This document shows positions 41,901-54,354 of a stretch of 64,000 nt of DNA, one piece after another (positions within the stretch are counted from its first letter, which is position 1; each line of letters begins with the position of its first letter). Where the stretch lies: NCBI GenBank assembly GCA_964016885.1, contig OZ024742.1:343728001-343792000 (forward strand). Reading direction: 5' to 3'. The notes beneath the pieces were generated by a model that saw nothing but the letters and a program-made list of their open reading frames with translations, did no database searches and had not been told where the DNA came from. The translations under genes and the position numbers were made by a program. This DNA is from Eledone cirrhosa (Eukaryota).

Positions 41901-42674
41901 GATATGAAAACATCTAAGCTTTCCCTATTTTCTGTTTAAAAAAAAATTCAGTGCAACACATGCGACTTTCAAACTTTTAAGATGTTGTAACGTTAATCTT
42001 TAAATATTCAGTTGTATATATTTACAAACAGAGAAAGAGAAAATAGAGTACAAAGGGAGAAGGGAAGAGAAAAATAAATCAACACACGTGAAGGTTGCGT
42101 GGGATAAATTGGGAGAACGCAAATTTTACACTCCTAGCAGAGCATATCTAGTTACATTACGTACCATAACTGCTATTTAGATATAGGTCAGATGTAGTCA
42201 AGCAAGGTATATCATCAAAGCCATTTCAACCGTAATCATCCCACTTATATTTAGAAAATGTTACCAAATATTACATTATTCAATGTGTCCTTAAGACAGT
42301 GCTTCAAACTAGAGCCGTCACTTGTAATATCGAGTAGCACTTGGTAGTATATACCATGCTTTCCCTAATGGTGCCCATGCAGCCGTGAATAGATAGAGAC
42401 ACCCTCTCAACCCCGTCTTCCCTTGATCTAGTGAAACGTCCATGGAAGGAGAGAGGTCTGCACCATCACTGTGGTGGTACCTTTATTTATTGACCCCCAA
42501 AAGCAAGAAAAGCAATGTGGAGCTCGGCTGAATTTGAGCTCAAAATGCAGTGACCCGGAACAAATACGCCCCTTTCTAACGATCTTCTTAATCGACCAGC
42601 CCTTATGTATCTGTAAATTCTGGTGGTGAGCTCAACGAAGGCAAGGGAACTGAACTCTGTCCAAATATAATGAT

Positions 42675-43320
42675 GTCTGATTTAGGCATATGACCAACAA
42701 TTTTTTTTGGGGGGGAGGGGAAAGTAGATTAAATCGACTCCAGTGCATCACTGATACCTTATTTTATCGACTCCGTAAGGATGAAATGCAAAGATAACCT
42801 CGGCGGGATTTGAACTCAGAACGCAAAGGGACGTAACTCTATACCGCAAAGCATGTTGTCCGACACCCAACAGATACTGCCAATCCATAATAATAATAAT
42901 AATTGTTTTTACTTTTGGTACAAGGCCAGCAATTACCCAGTACATTACTGGTACTTTATTTTATCGACCTCGTAAGGATGAAAGGCAAAGTTAACCTCGG
43001 CGGGATTTGAACTCAGATCATAAAGAGCCATAACTATGCTGAAAAGCATGGCGCCCGACTCTCTACTGATACTGCCAATAGACCATAATAATAAGGATGA
43101 TAGTGGTTTCTGATTTAGGCACAAGGCCAGCAATTTGGGAGCAGAGGAAGGAAAGTCGACTAAATCGACCCAGTACGTGACTGGTACTTTATTTTATCGA
43201 CCCCGTAAGTATGAAATGCAAAGCTAATCTCGGCGGGATTTGAACTCAGAACGTAAAGGGCCGTAACTCTATGTCACAAAGTATGCTGAGCGACACTCTA
43301 CTGATTCTGCCATTCCACCA
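42675..43320 (-). mobile_element. Three head-to-tail copies of a tRNA-derived SINE (family A, Nin/Deu-domain-like core)
   Basis: Each carries the reverse complement of TTCTGAGTTCAAATCCCGCCGAGGTTAACTTTGCCTTTCATCCTTACGGGGTCGATAAAATAAAGTACCAGT, which includes the B-box GAGTTCAAATCC. Confidence 0.88.
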
Positions 43321-44376
43321 CCCTCACTACACTTATCAGCTGCTTGTCGTACTTCGACTGCCTTATATTTAGTAGTAATATCTAAAGTGATATCTGATAG
43401 TTATTCCTATCAAATCAAGCGATCGTTTTCCCTGCACCCTCAGTGTCATTATGAAATCATGCACTTTATGAGAGAGAGAGAGTAGTTGGGAATGGGTGAA
43501 ACTAGATTTTTTGCTCTCGGAGTTCTGAGTTCAAATTCCACAAAGATAAATTTTACTTTTCATCCTCTCGAAACCTAGAGTCGATTCTTCCCTCTGTCTT
43601 TATCTCTCTGGAACAAATTGACTGAGTTCCGACCTGGAGAGGGATGAGCTCCGCCAGGTTCAAAATGTCTTAGATAAGCAACTTGTAAAAGCGTGTAAAA
43701 TATTTTCCTTCATGGTAACAATTTCTCATAAATGCGTCCGTGTTCTCCAAAAAAACAAATATTTTCTGTAGTTCTAGAAATGAGAGAGTTATAGTAGTCA
43801 ATTTATTACACTGCGGTGTGGGGCCATATAATTGATGAGATTGACTTAAGTTAGGGGTCACACGAGGGCTATTTTATTTATTCATTTATTTGCGTTCCAG
43901 CCGAGAGGCTCAGGCCATGCTGGGGTACCACCATTGATGCTACACGTTCTATAGCCAGCCTTACCTCGTTGGCCATTGGCGCAAAACGGAAATTGTTGTT
44001 GTTGCTCTTGTTTGCGGTTCACCTCGTGCTGTGTTAATACAGGATCTTGGTCAGTAGAATGTCGAGATGTCTTTTGAAAACATCTTCATTAACACCATGT
44101 AGATCTCTCAGATTTTTTGGCAGCTTATTAAAACGTTGGGGGTCCTTTGAATCCCAGACTATTGCAGTATGTGGTCCTTTTCTCGATGCGACATTTAGCG
44201 CACCTACGTCTCCACCAGGAGCTACGAGACTATACCAGACATAAGTGAGACTAGTTACCAGTGAAGTATGTGTTGATAGGTTCTTTTACTTGCCAGTAAC
44301 ATTTAACATGTTTTGCTCATCAGGTGTAGAGTTTGGTAAATTCTAGAAATTAGCACTTCCATTATTTACGCTGCCG

Positions 44377-44595
44377 AGGGCGGTGGATAGGCAGTATCGG
44401 TAGAGGGTCGGACGCCATTCTTTGCAGCATAGAGTTACGGCTCTTTATGATCTGAGTTCAAATCCCGCCGAGGTAAACTTTGCCTTCCATCCTTACGGAG
44501 TCGATAAAATAAAGTACCAGTCATGCACTGGCGTCGATTTAATCGACTTCCCCCTTCCAAAATTACTGGCCTTGTGCCTATATAAGAAACCATTA
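44377..44595 (+). mobile_element. SINE family A copy
   Basis: A-box-like GGCAGTATCGG, B-box, the same core, and tail CTGGCCTTGTGCCTA..AGAAAC. Confidence 0.88.
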
Positions 44596-44990
44596 TTTGC
44601 GCTGCTGTTATCTTTCTCCTTCCGTTGTCAGGTATAATTCTAACATAGATATAGGTAACTTTAACACACAAAATATCAATATACAAAAGAAAAAAAAAAA
44701 TGATATAATTGTTTGCATGCCACAATGACGTTAAAACCGAGTCAGCGGAATCTTTTATTTCGTTTTTTTCTTTCTTATTCCGATAATAGCGCAGTACGTG
44801 AAACGTCAAGTAAGATTAAACTAACGGCGTTATCGGATTAATCAATCTGTACAGATTGCTAAGGGTGCTTAGAGTTATAGTGTTGCTGTTCTGAGACACA
44901 GATGTCTTCAACATGTTAGAATATTACTAAGAGCGAATAGGGATATAAGCCCATCAAATGCACATTTCTTTATTGTTTACATGACGTAAA

Positions 44991-45031
44991 CACTTGATGA
45001 AGATCCAACTAGGTCCGAAAATAGATTAAAG
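44991..45031 (+). ncRNA. Degenerate hammerhead-like motif
   Basis: CTTGATGA-AGATCcaactaGGTCC-GAAA-ATAGATTA-AAG; the core is damaged (TTGATGA). Confidence 0.35.
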
Positions 45032-46299
45032 ATAGTTTATAATTTTTTTCAATTTACAGGGAAATTCGAATTTTCTGGCATGTTAACATTTGAAATTTTG
45101 GTTGTTATTTCTAGCTTGTTGAGGGAACATGTAGAGGCTCTCTGGTTAGCATGTTAGATTGCGAATTTATCTATTTGACGACAATGATTCACAATATAAA
45201 TCTTGATTTACATATATTTTATCGATGGGTTTTAAGAGACAGTTAAACAGCTACGGCGTGTTAACGAATAGAAATAGCTATATTTACCTATATTTGATAA
45301 AAGTGTTATATGAATTGTAATATGCGTACATGTATAAACAAAGTTAAAATCCACCCCAAGCTCGGAGCTGCCTCAAGCTAAAGCTTACCTCGGTTTAATT
45401 GGCGGTAAACAATCGAGATTACAAGAATTCCCACTGGACAGGACGCCAGTCCATTGCAAGTTAACTCTCAGCTGCAACTGGAGTAATGTGAAATGAAGTA
45501 TTCTTGAGAAATGCACACACACACACATACACGCACATATACATACATGCATACATATACATACACACAAACATTATAAATATATATATATATATATATA
45601 TATAGATACACACATACATAGATAGATACACACACACACACCCCGGTGGGATTTGAACTCAGAACGTAAAGAGACGAAACTATGCCACAAAGCATGTTGT
45701 CCGATGCTCTACCGAATAGTGCCAATCTACTACCCTTATATTTATGTATAATAAACATATATAAGTCTTGCGAGATATACCTTGGAGGAGGCCAGCTAAA
45801 CCTGCATAGGTGTGAGCTGTCACACAAACACACACAAACTTCAGTTTTATGTCCTGTGAGGATCTTGTGACTAGCTTTAACTGTCTCTATGTGCTGTGAA
45901 TATTAGCCGAATACAGCTAGATGTCATCTAGAGAACATGTGTGACATAAACCTCTCTCTCATCGGAAAAACCTAGCATGAAGCCATTGCATTTCCTCAGC
46001 AGAGCTGTCAGGGGTTTCATTGCAAACAGGAACAGCATTACTGACAAGCTGTCATTCTGGAATATTCCTATTGATAATCCAATATTCTCTGTAACTACAG
46101 TTGTTGGTATAGTGTTTAGATAGTGCTGAGGAGATCATGTAAGAGTAAGTCTTTGAATGACTTTAACTACGGCAGATAGAACTTTAGCAAGGTGTGCTGC
46201 CTCTAACATCCATGATTAGAGATAGAGTCGAGCGCTGTCTTATTGTCAAGCTACACAGTAAATTTTCACAATGTCTATCAAATTCTTTGAAAACAGCTT

Positions 46300-46535
46300 T
46301 ATTTGATGAAGAGCTCTTTAACACAACACCAGGGACATTTGTTTGATAAAGAGCTCTTTAACACAGCTCCAGAGACATTTGTTTGATAAAGAACTCTTTA
46401 ACACAGCTCCAGAGACATTTGTTTGACAAAGAGCTCTTTAACAGCTACAGAGACATTTGTTTGATAAAGAGCTCTTTAACAAAACAACAGGGACACTTTT
46501 TTTATGAAGAGCTCTTTAAAACAACTCCAGAGACC
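46300..46535. repeat. ~40-bp minisatellite, about 6 copies
   Basis: Unit AGAGACATTTGTTTGATAAAGAGCTCTTTAACACAGCTCC, containing the palindrome AAAGAGCTCTTT. Confidence 0.9.
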
Positions 46536-46764
46536 TTTATACTCTCCTCTCTCCTGCTTACTCATCAGTCACAAGATTGTTAGGTAGTAATCTTGACAAA
46601 CATTCAAACAAATCGTGTAGAGTTTAGGTACAACATTTATACAAGCCATGAGCTCTAGATTTTGGCTATATGGGATTTGTGGTTCTGAGGCTCAAATCTT
46701 GTCTGAGGCATCACCAGCTTTCTGGCACATCAAGTAGGGACCCTATTAGGTTTTTAAAATGTCG

Positions 46765-47213
46765 GTCATGAACCTTGGGTAATGACTGAAAGAATACGAT
46801 TGCAAATACAAGCGGCTGAAATGGGATTCCTACGAAGAGTGTTTAGAGTAACGTTACTCGATAAAGTGCGTAGCTCAGAAATCAGAGAATACTCCAAGTA
46901 GAGCCACTAATTCTCCGAATTGAGAGATCACAGTTCCAATACTATGGACATGGGGTTAGAATATCTACACAAACAATCGCTGGACAGATTTAAGGGCAAA
47001 ATCAAATTGCAGGACACCCAGGGGTAGACCCTGAGCATGATGGCTGGATAACATCCACGACCTCGGGTAGTCTCGCTTGGGGAACTAGCCGGATCATTTG
47101 GAGACGGTTGCTTCTGACAAGGCCAGCTGGAAGGAGTATCTGAGGTCTCTGCCCCCATGACCTTCTCAGGAATAAGTGAGCAAAGAAGAAGAAGAAGAAA
47201 AAGAAGAAGAAGA
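46765..47213 (+). mobile_element. Third Expander/Rex3-like RTE 3' fragment with a (GAA)n tail
   Basis: Matches 40045-40420 and ends AAGAAGAAGAAG. Confidence 0.87.
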
Positions 47214-47544
47214 CGTGTGCTATTCTGTAAAACGTTAGTTTCTTATATTAGTAACCGATTATGAAATCTGTCCCAGGTGAATGTTTATTCAGTATGTTTC
47301 CAACAAACCACTGTAGGAGAGTTTCTCTGAAGCTATTATGTTTTAGGAGAGATGTTTGCACACTACTCACTCCGTAGCTCAATTACGTATACTGTAGCGC
47401 GGTGTTCTGTTTGTTTACCTTTCACCATCACCCACACCGCAACAATAACTAATAATTGCAAGACTTCGCTTTGAAAAGAATGAAGTGTGAAATCGAGACA
47501 AGATATTGTACAACAGAATAAAGAGGAAAGAGAAAGTAACAAAT

Positions 47545-47690
47545 GTAGTCCTTGAAGAGTTCACAGAGTGTGTGACGAAAGAACTTTATTAAACTAAGTA
47601 AAATGGAAATTATAATAATAAATTAAGTGAATCCCAACAGGTGCGTGTGTTTTTATTGGAAGCATGACCCTCCTAAAATATAACAATATA
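47545..47690 (+). mobile_element. Solo 3' end (pseudo-LTR) of a related Penelope-like subfamily with a degenerate hammerhead (47551-47586)
   Basis: TGAAGAGTTCACAGAGTGTGTGACGAAAGAACT matches 33351-33383 at all but one base. The downstream ATAATAAATT..AAGTGAA..CAAC.GGTGCGTGTG..TATAACAAT matches 33470-33543. Confidence 0.85.
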
Positions 47691-48674
47691 TAGTACGTGT
47701 GATTTTATTGGAAGCATGACCCACCTAAAATATAACAATATATAGTACGTGTGTTTTTATTGGAAGCATGACCCTCCTAAAATATAACAATATATAGTAC
47801 GTGTGATTTTATTGGAAGCATGACCCACCTAAAATATAACAATATATAGTACGTGTGTTTTTATTGGAAGCATGACCCTCCTAAAATATAACAATATATA
47901 GTACGTGTGTTTTTATTGGAAGCATGACCCTCCTAAAATATAACAATATATAGTACGTGTGATTTTATTGGAAGCATGACCCACCTAAAATATAACAATA
48001 TATAGTACGTGTGTTTTTATTGGAAGCATGACCCTCCTAAAATATAACAATATATAGTACGTGTGTTTTTATTGGAAGCATGACCCTCCTAAAATATAAC
48101 AATATATAGTACGTGTGATTTTATTGGAAGCATGACCCACCTAAAATATAACAATATATAGTACGTGTGTTTTTATTGGAAGCATGACCCTCCTAAAATA
48201 TAACAATATATAGTACGTGTGATTTTATTGGAAGCATGACCCTCCTAAAATATAACAATATATAGTACGTGTGTTTTTATTGGAAGCATGACCCACCTAA
48301 AATATAACAATATATAGTACGTGTGTTTTTATTGGAAGCATGACCCTCCTAAAATATAACAATATATAGTACGTGTGTTTTTATTGGAAGCATGACCCTC
48401 CTAAAATATAACAATATATAGTACGTGTGATTTTATTGGAAGCATGACCCACCTAAAATATAACAATATATAGTACGTGTGTTTTTATTGGAAGCATGAC
48501 CCTCCTAAAATATAACAATATATAGTACGTGTGATTTTATTGGAAGCATGACCCTCCTAAAATATAATATATAGTACGTGTGATTTTATTGGAAGCATGA
48601 CCCTCCTAAAATATAACAATATATAGTACGTGTGATTTTATTGGAAGCATGACCCTCCTAAAATATAACAATAT
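47645..48674 (+). repeat. 52-bp tandem array (20 units) derived from the Penelope-like 3' terminus
   Basis: Unit GTGTG(T/A)TTTTATTGGAAGCATGACCC(T/A)CCTAAAATATAACAATATATAGTAC; one unit has a 3-bp deletion near 48567. Confidence 0.97.
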
Positions 48675-48717
48675 TGAACCACGCATCACTCAAGGTAATT
48701 ATCAAGGATTATTATAG

Positions 48718-49970
48718 CTGAGGATTGGCAGTATCAGTAGAGTATCGGATACCATGCTTCGTGGCAGAGAGTTACTGTCCTTTACGTTCTGAGTTCAAAT
48801 CCCGTCGAGGTTAACTTTAACTTTCATCCTTACGGGGTTGATAAAATAAAGTACCAGTAATACACTGGGTAATTGCTGGCCTTGTGCCAAAAGTAGAAAC
48901 AATTATTATAGCTATCTATTTGGGCGGTGGATTGGAAGTATCAGTAGAGAGTCGGACACCATGCCATTCTGATTTCAAATCCCGCCGAGATTAACATTGC
49001 CTTTCATTCTTACGGGGTCGATAAAATAAAGTACCAGTAATACACTGGCTAATTACTGGCCTTGTGCCAAAAGTAGAAACAATTATTATAGCTCAAAAAC
49101 ACCTCAAAATTTGTTAATTCAAATGTTCCTATTCGTTTTAATCGTGAGTGTGTGGTCGTGAAAAATCGCTTAATTTAAGGAAATACTTTAGCATTTACAT
49201 TACTCTCTCTATATCCTATTGTATTTTTGTGGTAAAGGCTTTATCTTACGTAATTATCTCACATAATATAGAATCTACTGGTGGATTGGCAGTATCGGTA
49301 GAGGGTCGGACGCCATGCTTTGCAACAAAGAGTTACGGCCCTTTATGGTCTGAGTTCAAATCCCGCCAAGGTTAACTTTGCCTTTCATCCTTACGGGGGT
49401 CGATGAAATAAAGTACCAGTAATGCACTGGGATAATTGCTGACCTTGCGCCAAAAGTAGAAATACTAATATAGAATCTACGAGGTTTGGGTGTTATTTAT
49501 TTTGAGGACAATACCTTAACGCTAGTACGAGTGGCCATTTACGGCCAGTTTTAATAGTAAGAGGTGAGAGAATTCTGGTCGGATATGGCCGGTTTAAATG
49601 CTAAAGGGTTAATTTGTAATATGATGCAGGTAAGGAGCTGTTTTGTAATTGTAAAGAAATGTATTTTCATATGGTAGAGAAGATCAGTTACGCTCTGCTT
49701 AGCTCACAATTATCTCAGATTATCCCACACGATTAATGAGATGGCCGTAACATGATCAGAGCTTAAAATAGCTACAGCGAGATTTTAAATATAAACATAT
49801 TTAGGTTGGTGGATTGGCAATATCGGTAAAGCATCGGACAACATGCTTTGTGGCATCGAGTTATAGCCCTTTACGTTCTGAGTAACAGTAAGACACTGGG
49901 GTCGGTTTAATCAACTTTCTCTCTTCTACCTAAAAAAAGAATTGTTGGCCCTGTGCCTAAATCAGAAACA
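48718..49970 (+). mobile_element. Four SINE family A copies (~48718-48908, 48922-49088, 49278-49465, and internally deleted 49803-49970)
   Basis: Recurrent GGATTGGCAGTATC.GTAGAG head, core and GGCCTTGTGCC..AAGTAGAAAC tail. Confidence 0.85.
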
Positions 49971-49988
49971 ATCCTACATAAACATATT

Positions 49989-50125
49989 GGTGAAGGCGCA
50001 TGGCTTAGTGGTTAGAGCACTGGGCTTGCAATCAAAAAGGTTGTGAGTTCAATTCTCGGACCGGGTGATGTGTTGTTTCCTTGCGCAAGACACTTTATTT
50101 CACGTTGCTCCAGTTTACTCAGAAA
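49989..50125 (+). mobile_element. tRNA-derived SINE (family B, CORE-like)
   Basis: A-box TGGCTTAGTGG, B-box GAGTTCAATTC, then CCTTG.GCAAGACACTTTATTTCACGTTGCTCCAGT. Confidence 0.8.
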
Positions 50126-50389
50126 TGAGATGATAGGGACCCCAGTCCCTATCATTAAATCACCCAAGACACCTATGAGATATACCTTGGACGAGGCCAG
50201 CTAAACCTGCATAGGTGTGAGCTGTCACACACACCTATGGTAAATACTTTGAAATACTCTTCTAATTTAGTATCGCTACCGTATTTGATGACACACTTTT
50301 CTTCCAACCTACTTTAATTACTACAACACCTGAGTCTTATATGCGACGTTAAAATCTCAGTAGCATTAAATACGTGGAAACGCAAACAT

Positions 50390-51250
50390 TGCGTGACTGA
50401 GTGGTTAGAGAATTAGATTCGCAATCGTGGGGTTGTGAGTTCGATTCCCGGACAAGATTCCTTGGACAAGACACTTTATTTCATATTGCTCCTACCTGGA
50501 ATTGCAACCCATAGGTAGTATTAGCAATTGGAAAGACCAATGGAAACCTTGTTTCCTCGGTCCGATTTGACGAAAATTGATCGACTGTCGATATTCCTTC
50601 CTGAAATTGAGGGTAGGGTCTCGTATGTCAGTGGAGGGTAGGGTCTCATATATCAGTGGAGGATGGGTCTTATACGCCAGTGAAGGGTGGGGGTCTTATA
50701 TGTCGGTGGAGTCTTGTATGACAGTGGAAGGTGGGTCTTGTATATCAGTGGAGGGTTGGGTGTTATATGTCAGTGGAGGGTGGGGTGTTATATGTCAGTG
50801 GAGGGTGGGGTGTTATATGTCAGTGGAGGGTGGGGTGTTATATGTCAGTGGAGGGTGGGGTGTTATATGTCAGTGGAGGGTGGGGTGTTATATGTCAGTG
50901 GAGGGTGGGGTGTTATATGTCAGTGGAGGGTGGGGTGTTATACGTCAGTGGAGGGTGGAGTCTTATACGTCAGTGAGGGTGGGGTATCATACGTCAGTGA
51001 GGGTGGGGTCTCATACGTCAGTGAAGGGTGGGGTCTTATATGTCAATTATATATAGGAGTCGATTGTGAAATTGAACCAAGGAATCAATGTTTCCAGTGG
51101 TCTTTCCATTGCTGAAACTATAGAAAGGTCGCAACGTCTGGTAGGAAGAGGAACATGATGTAAAGAATTTTGTTCAAGAATAACCGCAAAACATCTCCTG
51201 GTCACCCAGGAATCGAACTCGTGTCTTTATCGTGAGCTCAACTCAACTAG
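50390..51250. mobile_element. Two family-B-like SINEs in inverted orientation (50390-50590 +, 51058-51250 -) flanking a minisatellite
   Basis: GCAATTGGAAAGACCAATGGAAAC on the left pairs with GTTTCCAGTGGTCTTTCCATTGC on the right; B-boxes GAGTTCGATTCC on both sides. Confidence 0.75.
50608..51045. repeat. 25-bp G-rich minisatellite, about 17 copies
   Basis: Unit GTCAGTGGAGGGTGGGGTGTTATAT; homogeneous centre with diverged edges. Confidence 0.95.
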
Positions 51251-51344
51251 TGATTAAAGTTGGGTGTGTATTGATACTAACCAGATATATTATGTGGAGA
51301 GAGACCCAAATATCATTATGTAAAGTCCAAAATATCATTAGAAT

Positions 51345-51525
51345 AACTGCTTCTAATTTAGGCACAAGGCCAGCAATTCGGGAGGAGGGGTAAGTCGATG
51401 AAATCGTTCCCAGTGCTGAACTAATACTTCGTTTTATCGACCAAAAAATGATGTGAAAGGCAAAGTTAACTCCGGTGAAATTTGAACACAGAATGTATAG
51501 AGCCGTAATTAAATGCCACCAAAAT
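51345..51525 (-). mobile_element. Diverged SINE family A copy
   Basis: Reverse complement of the family A tail and core. Confidence 0.75.
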
Positions 51526-51544
51526 GTCCAACCCTAATGATTGT

Positions 51545-51724
51545 GGCAGTGGAGACTTCTGGTGTCCTCGGCCCTAAGGCTACCTCCCTACTCACCACCA
51601 TAGGCGCTGAGCTGGCCATCCACAGGTGCGAGCCCCGCGAGTTGGAGTAGATTTTCCAGCGAGTCTCCCTTGCCGTCCTCCGAGGAAACGCCTTCTCCAT
51701 TCTGTCCGCCGGGGCCGTGGGGAG
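51545..51724 (+). mobile_element. 3' fragment of a CRE-like (restriction-like endonuclease) non-LTR retrotransposon
   Basis: Translates as AVETSGVLGPKATSLLTTIGAELAIHRCEPRELE*IFQRVSLAVLRGNAFSIL; second copy at 53358-53630. Confidence 0.75.
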
Positions 51725-53357
51725 ACAAGCCGATTATATTACGAATTCTGTTGAATGGATTGCCACACTTATGACTCCATCAGGCGTTATGGCATGTCTT
51801 TTTCTTCTTCTATGTACATATGTCTGTAATAATTGTTTCTACTTTTGGCACAGAGCCAACAATTATCCCAGTGCATTACGGATGTAAACAATGCTGTCAC
51901 AAAATCGTTAGTTTTCTCGAGGAAAATATCCTGGACACACAATTAGTTGCGGTTGACTGCTTAAGTATCATTGAAGATTTAGTATCCATCTGATCTTGTG
52001 CTTATGGAAGAAAAAAGTATTACTAGACATGAGGCGAAACTAGGGAAAATAGCGCTTATGGCAAACAATGAAAATGATTGTGCTAATCCGGCGCCATCTC
52101 AATTAAAACGGACCAGCAATAACTAAAGCGTTAACTAGTTGTTCATTGTTTCCATTAATTGTTTTGCCTTCTCGATGAAATAATTAATTGAATATTTATA
52201 TAATGGTAAACCCTCAGTTGTCATATTTGTAAGGATGTATTTATGATTCTCAAAGTGTTGCTGTCCTTTGTTCTCTTCGATGACTTTCAATTTGTAGTGA
52301 TTGTCGGCAAAAGTGTAATACCAAATTTTCAGAAAACCGACATTCCAAATTTCAATAATTTTTGATGTGTTTAATTTCTCGTTTCCAATCTGTAAAACAC
52401 AAACGAAATAATTTAATTTTAGTTTACACCACTGTATTGTTAGAGTGAAGAATCGGATACACTCGGGTTCCAGATGATAAGGAGGTAGTTGCAATAAGTG
52501 GGGTGGTGGTGGTGGTATAAGTGAGGAAGGGGTGGAATAAGCGAGAGTCGAGTGGAGCCGGGTGGAAAATCTAATTTTTCTAGGTTGTCTCCGTTGATTT
52601 TTTAAAAACCAGAATTAGTCGTTTAGTTTATAAATTAGGATCCTAACACATTGTTTATTTTATAATGTAGGGGATTTCTAGTAAAGTACTTTTTTTGTCA
52701 TGTGTAATGTTTTTTGAGGTATAAACAAAATTAATTGTCACAGGAATGCAACCACTTAAAATTTAAATTTGCCAGAGAAAGATTAGCAAAATTTAATAAG
52801 TGAAATAAGAGCGGGTAGGGGGACGATTATTCGAGATCCAAGAGTACGCAGTGATAAGTCAAGGGATTTAAGGAATTGAAAGGAACCACAGTGAATGTCG
52901 CATATATTTCGATATCTAACCTCTGGATCCAAAAGTGTGCGTTCAAACCCTAAATTTATACCCAATGCCAATATGCTGGTCTACCCTGAGGTTTCATTTC
53001 ATAGCAGATTATTTGGGTGTTTTAATGAGAGAGGCTCAATCATGAGAAGAAACATGGAATAAGCGTCTTGCTCTAGAATATACTGCACCGACTATTTCAG
53101 GAACACAAGAACTTATGATCGTGAATCCAGCACCCTAATCACCATCCATTGTAGAATTAATTTAGTGTCGACATGAAGCGGATTACACAACACAAAGCGC
53201 CGCGTGAGTCAGGAATCTAATCCCCGGCCTTCTGATCCAGAGTTCAATACACTAACTATATGGTTGATAAAATAGTAACTACTTACATAATGTATATTAA
53301 GTTGTCTATAGATTGTTAGTGTATATTTTTTATAGACATTATGTCTACATTTTACAG

Positions 53358-53630
53358 ACACGTCGGTTCTGCTGCACGTCGGGCTGAGGAGGCCAAACTC
53401 TCCAAATACCGGTCGCTCTCCAACAGGTTTGCGGTCGTACACTTGGCAGTGGAGACTTCTGGTGTCCTTGGCCCTAGGGCTACCTCCCTACTCACCACTA
53501 TAGGCGCCGAGCTGGCCAGCCTAAGGTGTGAGCTGGATGGCTTTTCCAGCGCGTCTCCCTTGCCGTCCCCCCGGGGAAACGCCTTCGCCATTCTGTCCGC
53601 CGGGGCTGTGGGGAGGCCACCATTATGATT
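53358..53630 (+). mobile_element. 3' fragment of a CRE-like RLE retrotransposon
   Basis: GSAARRAEEAKLSKY..F..LAVETSGVLGP..QRVSLA..RGNA is the typical C-terminus of CRE-type RLE domains. Confidence 0.78.
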
Positions 53631-54354
53631 GACTGACTTGTCATTTTATCAGTCAACTGTTGCTGTCTATTGTTTGTCTCGCATATTTCTCAGCCTGTCC
53701 CATTCGGTATCTCTCCCTTAACTCTTTTTACAGACAAAAGTTCTACAATGATCGAATTGTTAAAAAAAAGATAAAAACAAAATTTAGTAATAAAAATGGT
53801 GACGGGTTAAAGAAGGACACCTGGCTGTAGAGGAAAGTAGAAGAAAGGAGGGAAAGAGCAAGGACTATTACAGAATTATAAAAACTATTGGAAAAATTCA
53901 GTAAAATGTAAGTTAAATTTTGGGAGAAAATTTTGAGAGAGTTTAATGGGGTTTTTTTTCATATTTTAAATGCTGGTGCATGCGTGCATGTATGTGTTGG
54001 ATCCCCGTCGATGAGTGTTCAAGTTATTTGAAGAATAGAACAGCATGCTGGTAAAATTAATTTGAAAGATGTTTAACGTCGTTCACAGGAAGATTCAGTG
54101 TGACAGTGCATGACAAGGCTGGCCATTTGAATTACAGGTACAACTGAGCAACATAATGCGACATGCTCAGAGTCACAATGACCACCGAGAATCGAACTCA
54201 CACACATTTATATCAGTCTGGCTGTGTACGTCCTGTGTATCACCTTATAAAATAGGCGATTATCGATCACCTAAGTTAAACACCGTACAACTTAATACAT
54301 AAAACGATGAACGCTTAAAAATCCCGAGGTGCTATAACTACCTTTTAAAGAAAA

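Noticed and set aside
47645-48674. CRISPR-like repeat-spacer array
   Set aside because: The whole 52-bp unit repeats and there is no variable spacer.
49989-50065. Functional tRNA gene
   Set aside because: A and B boxes are present, but there is no proper acceptor stem and the sequence continues into a SINE body seen in several decayed copies.
50577-51115. Gly/Val/Trp-rich ORFs in three frames
   Set aside because: Translations of the 25-bp minisatellite.
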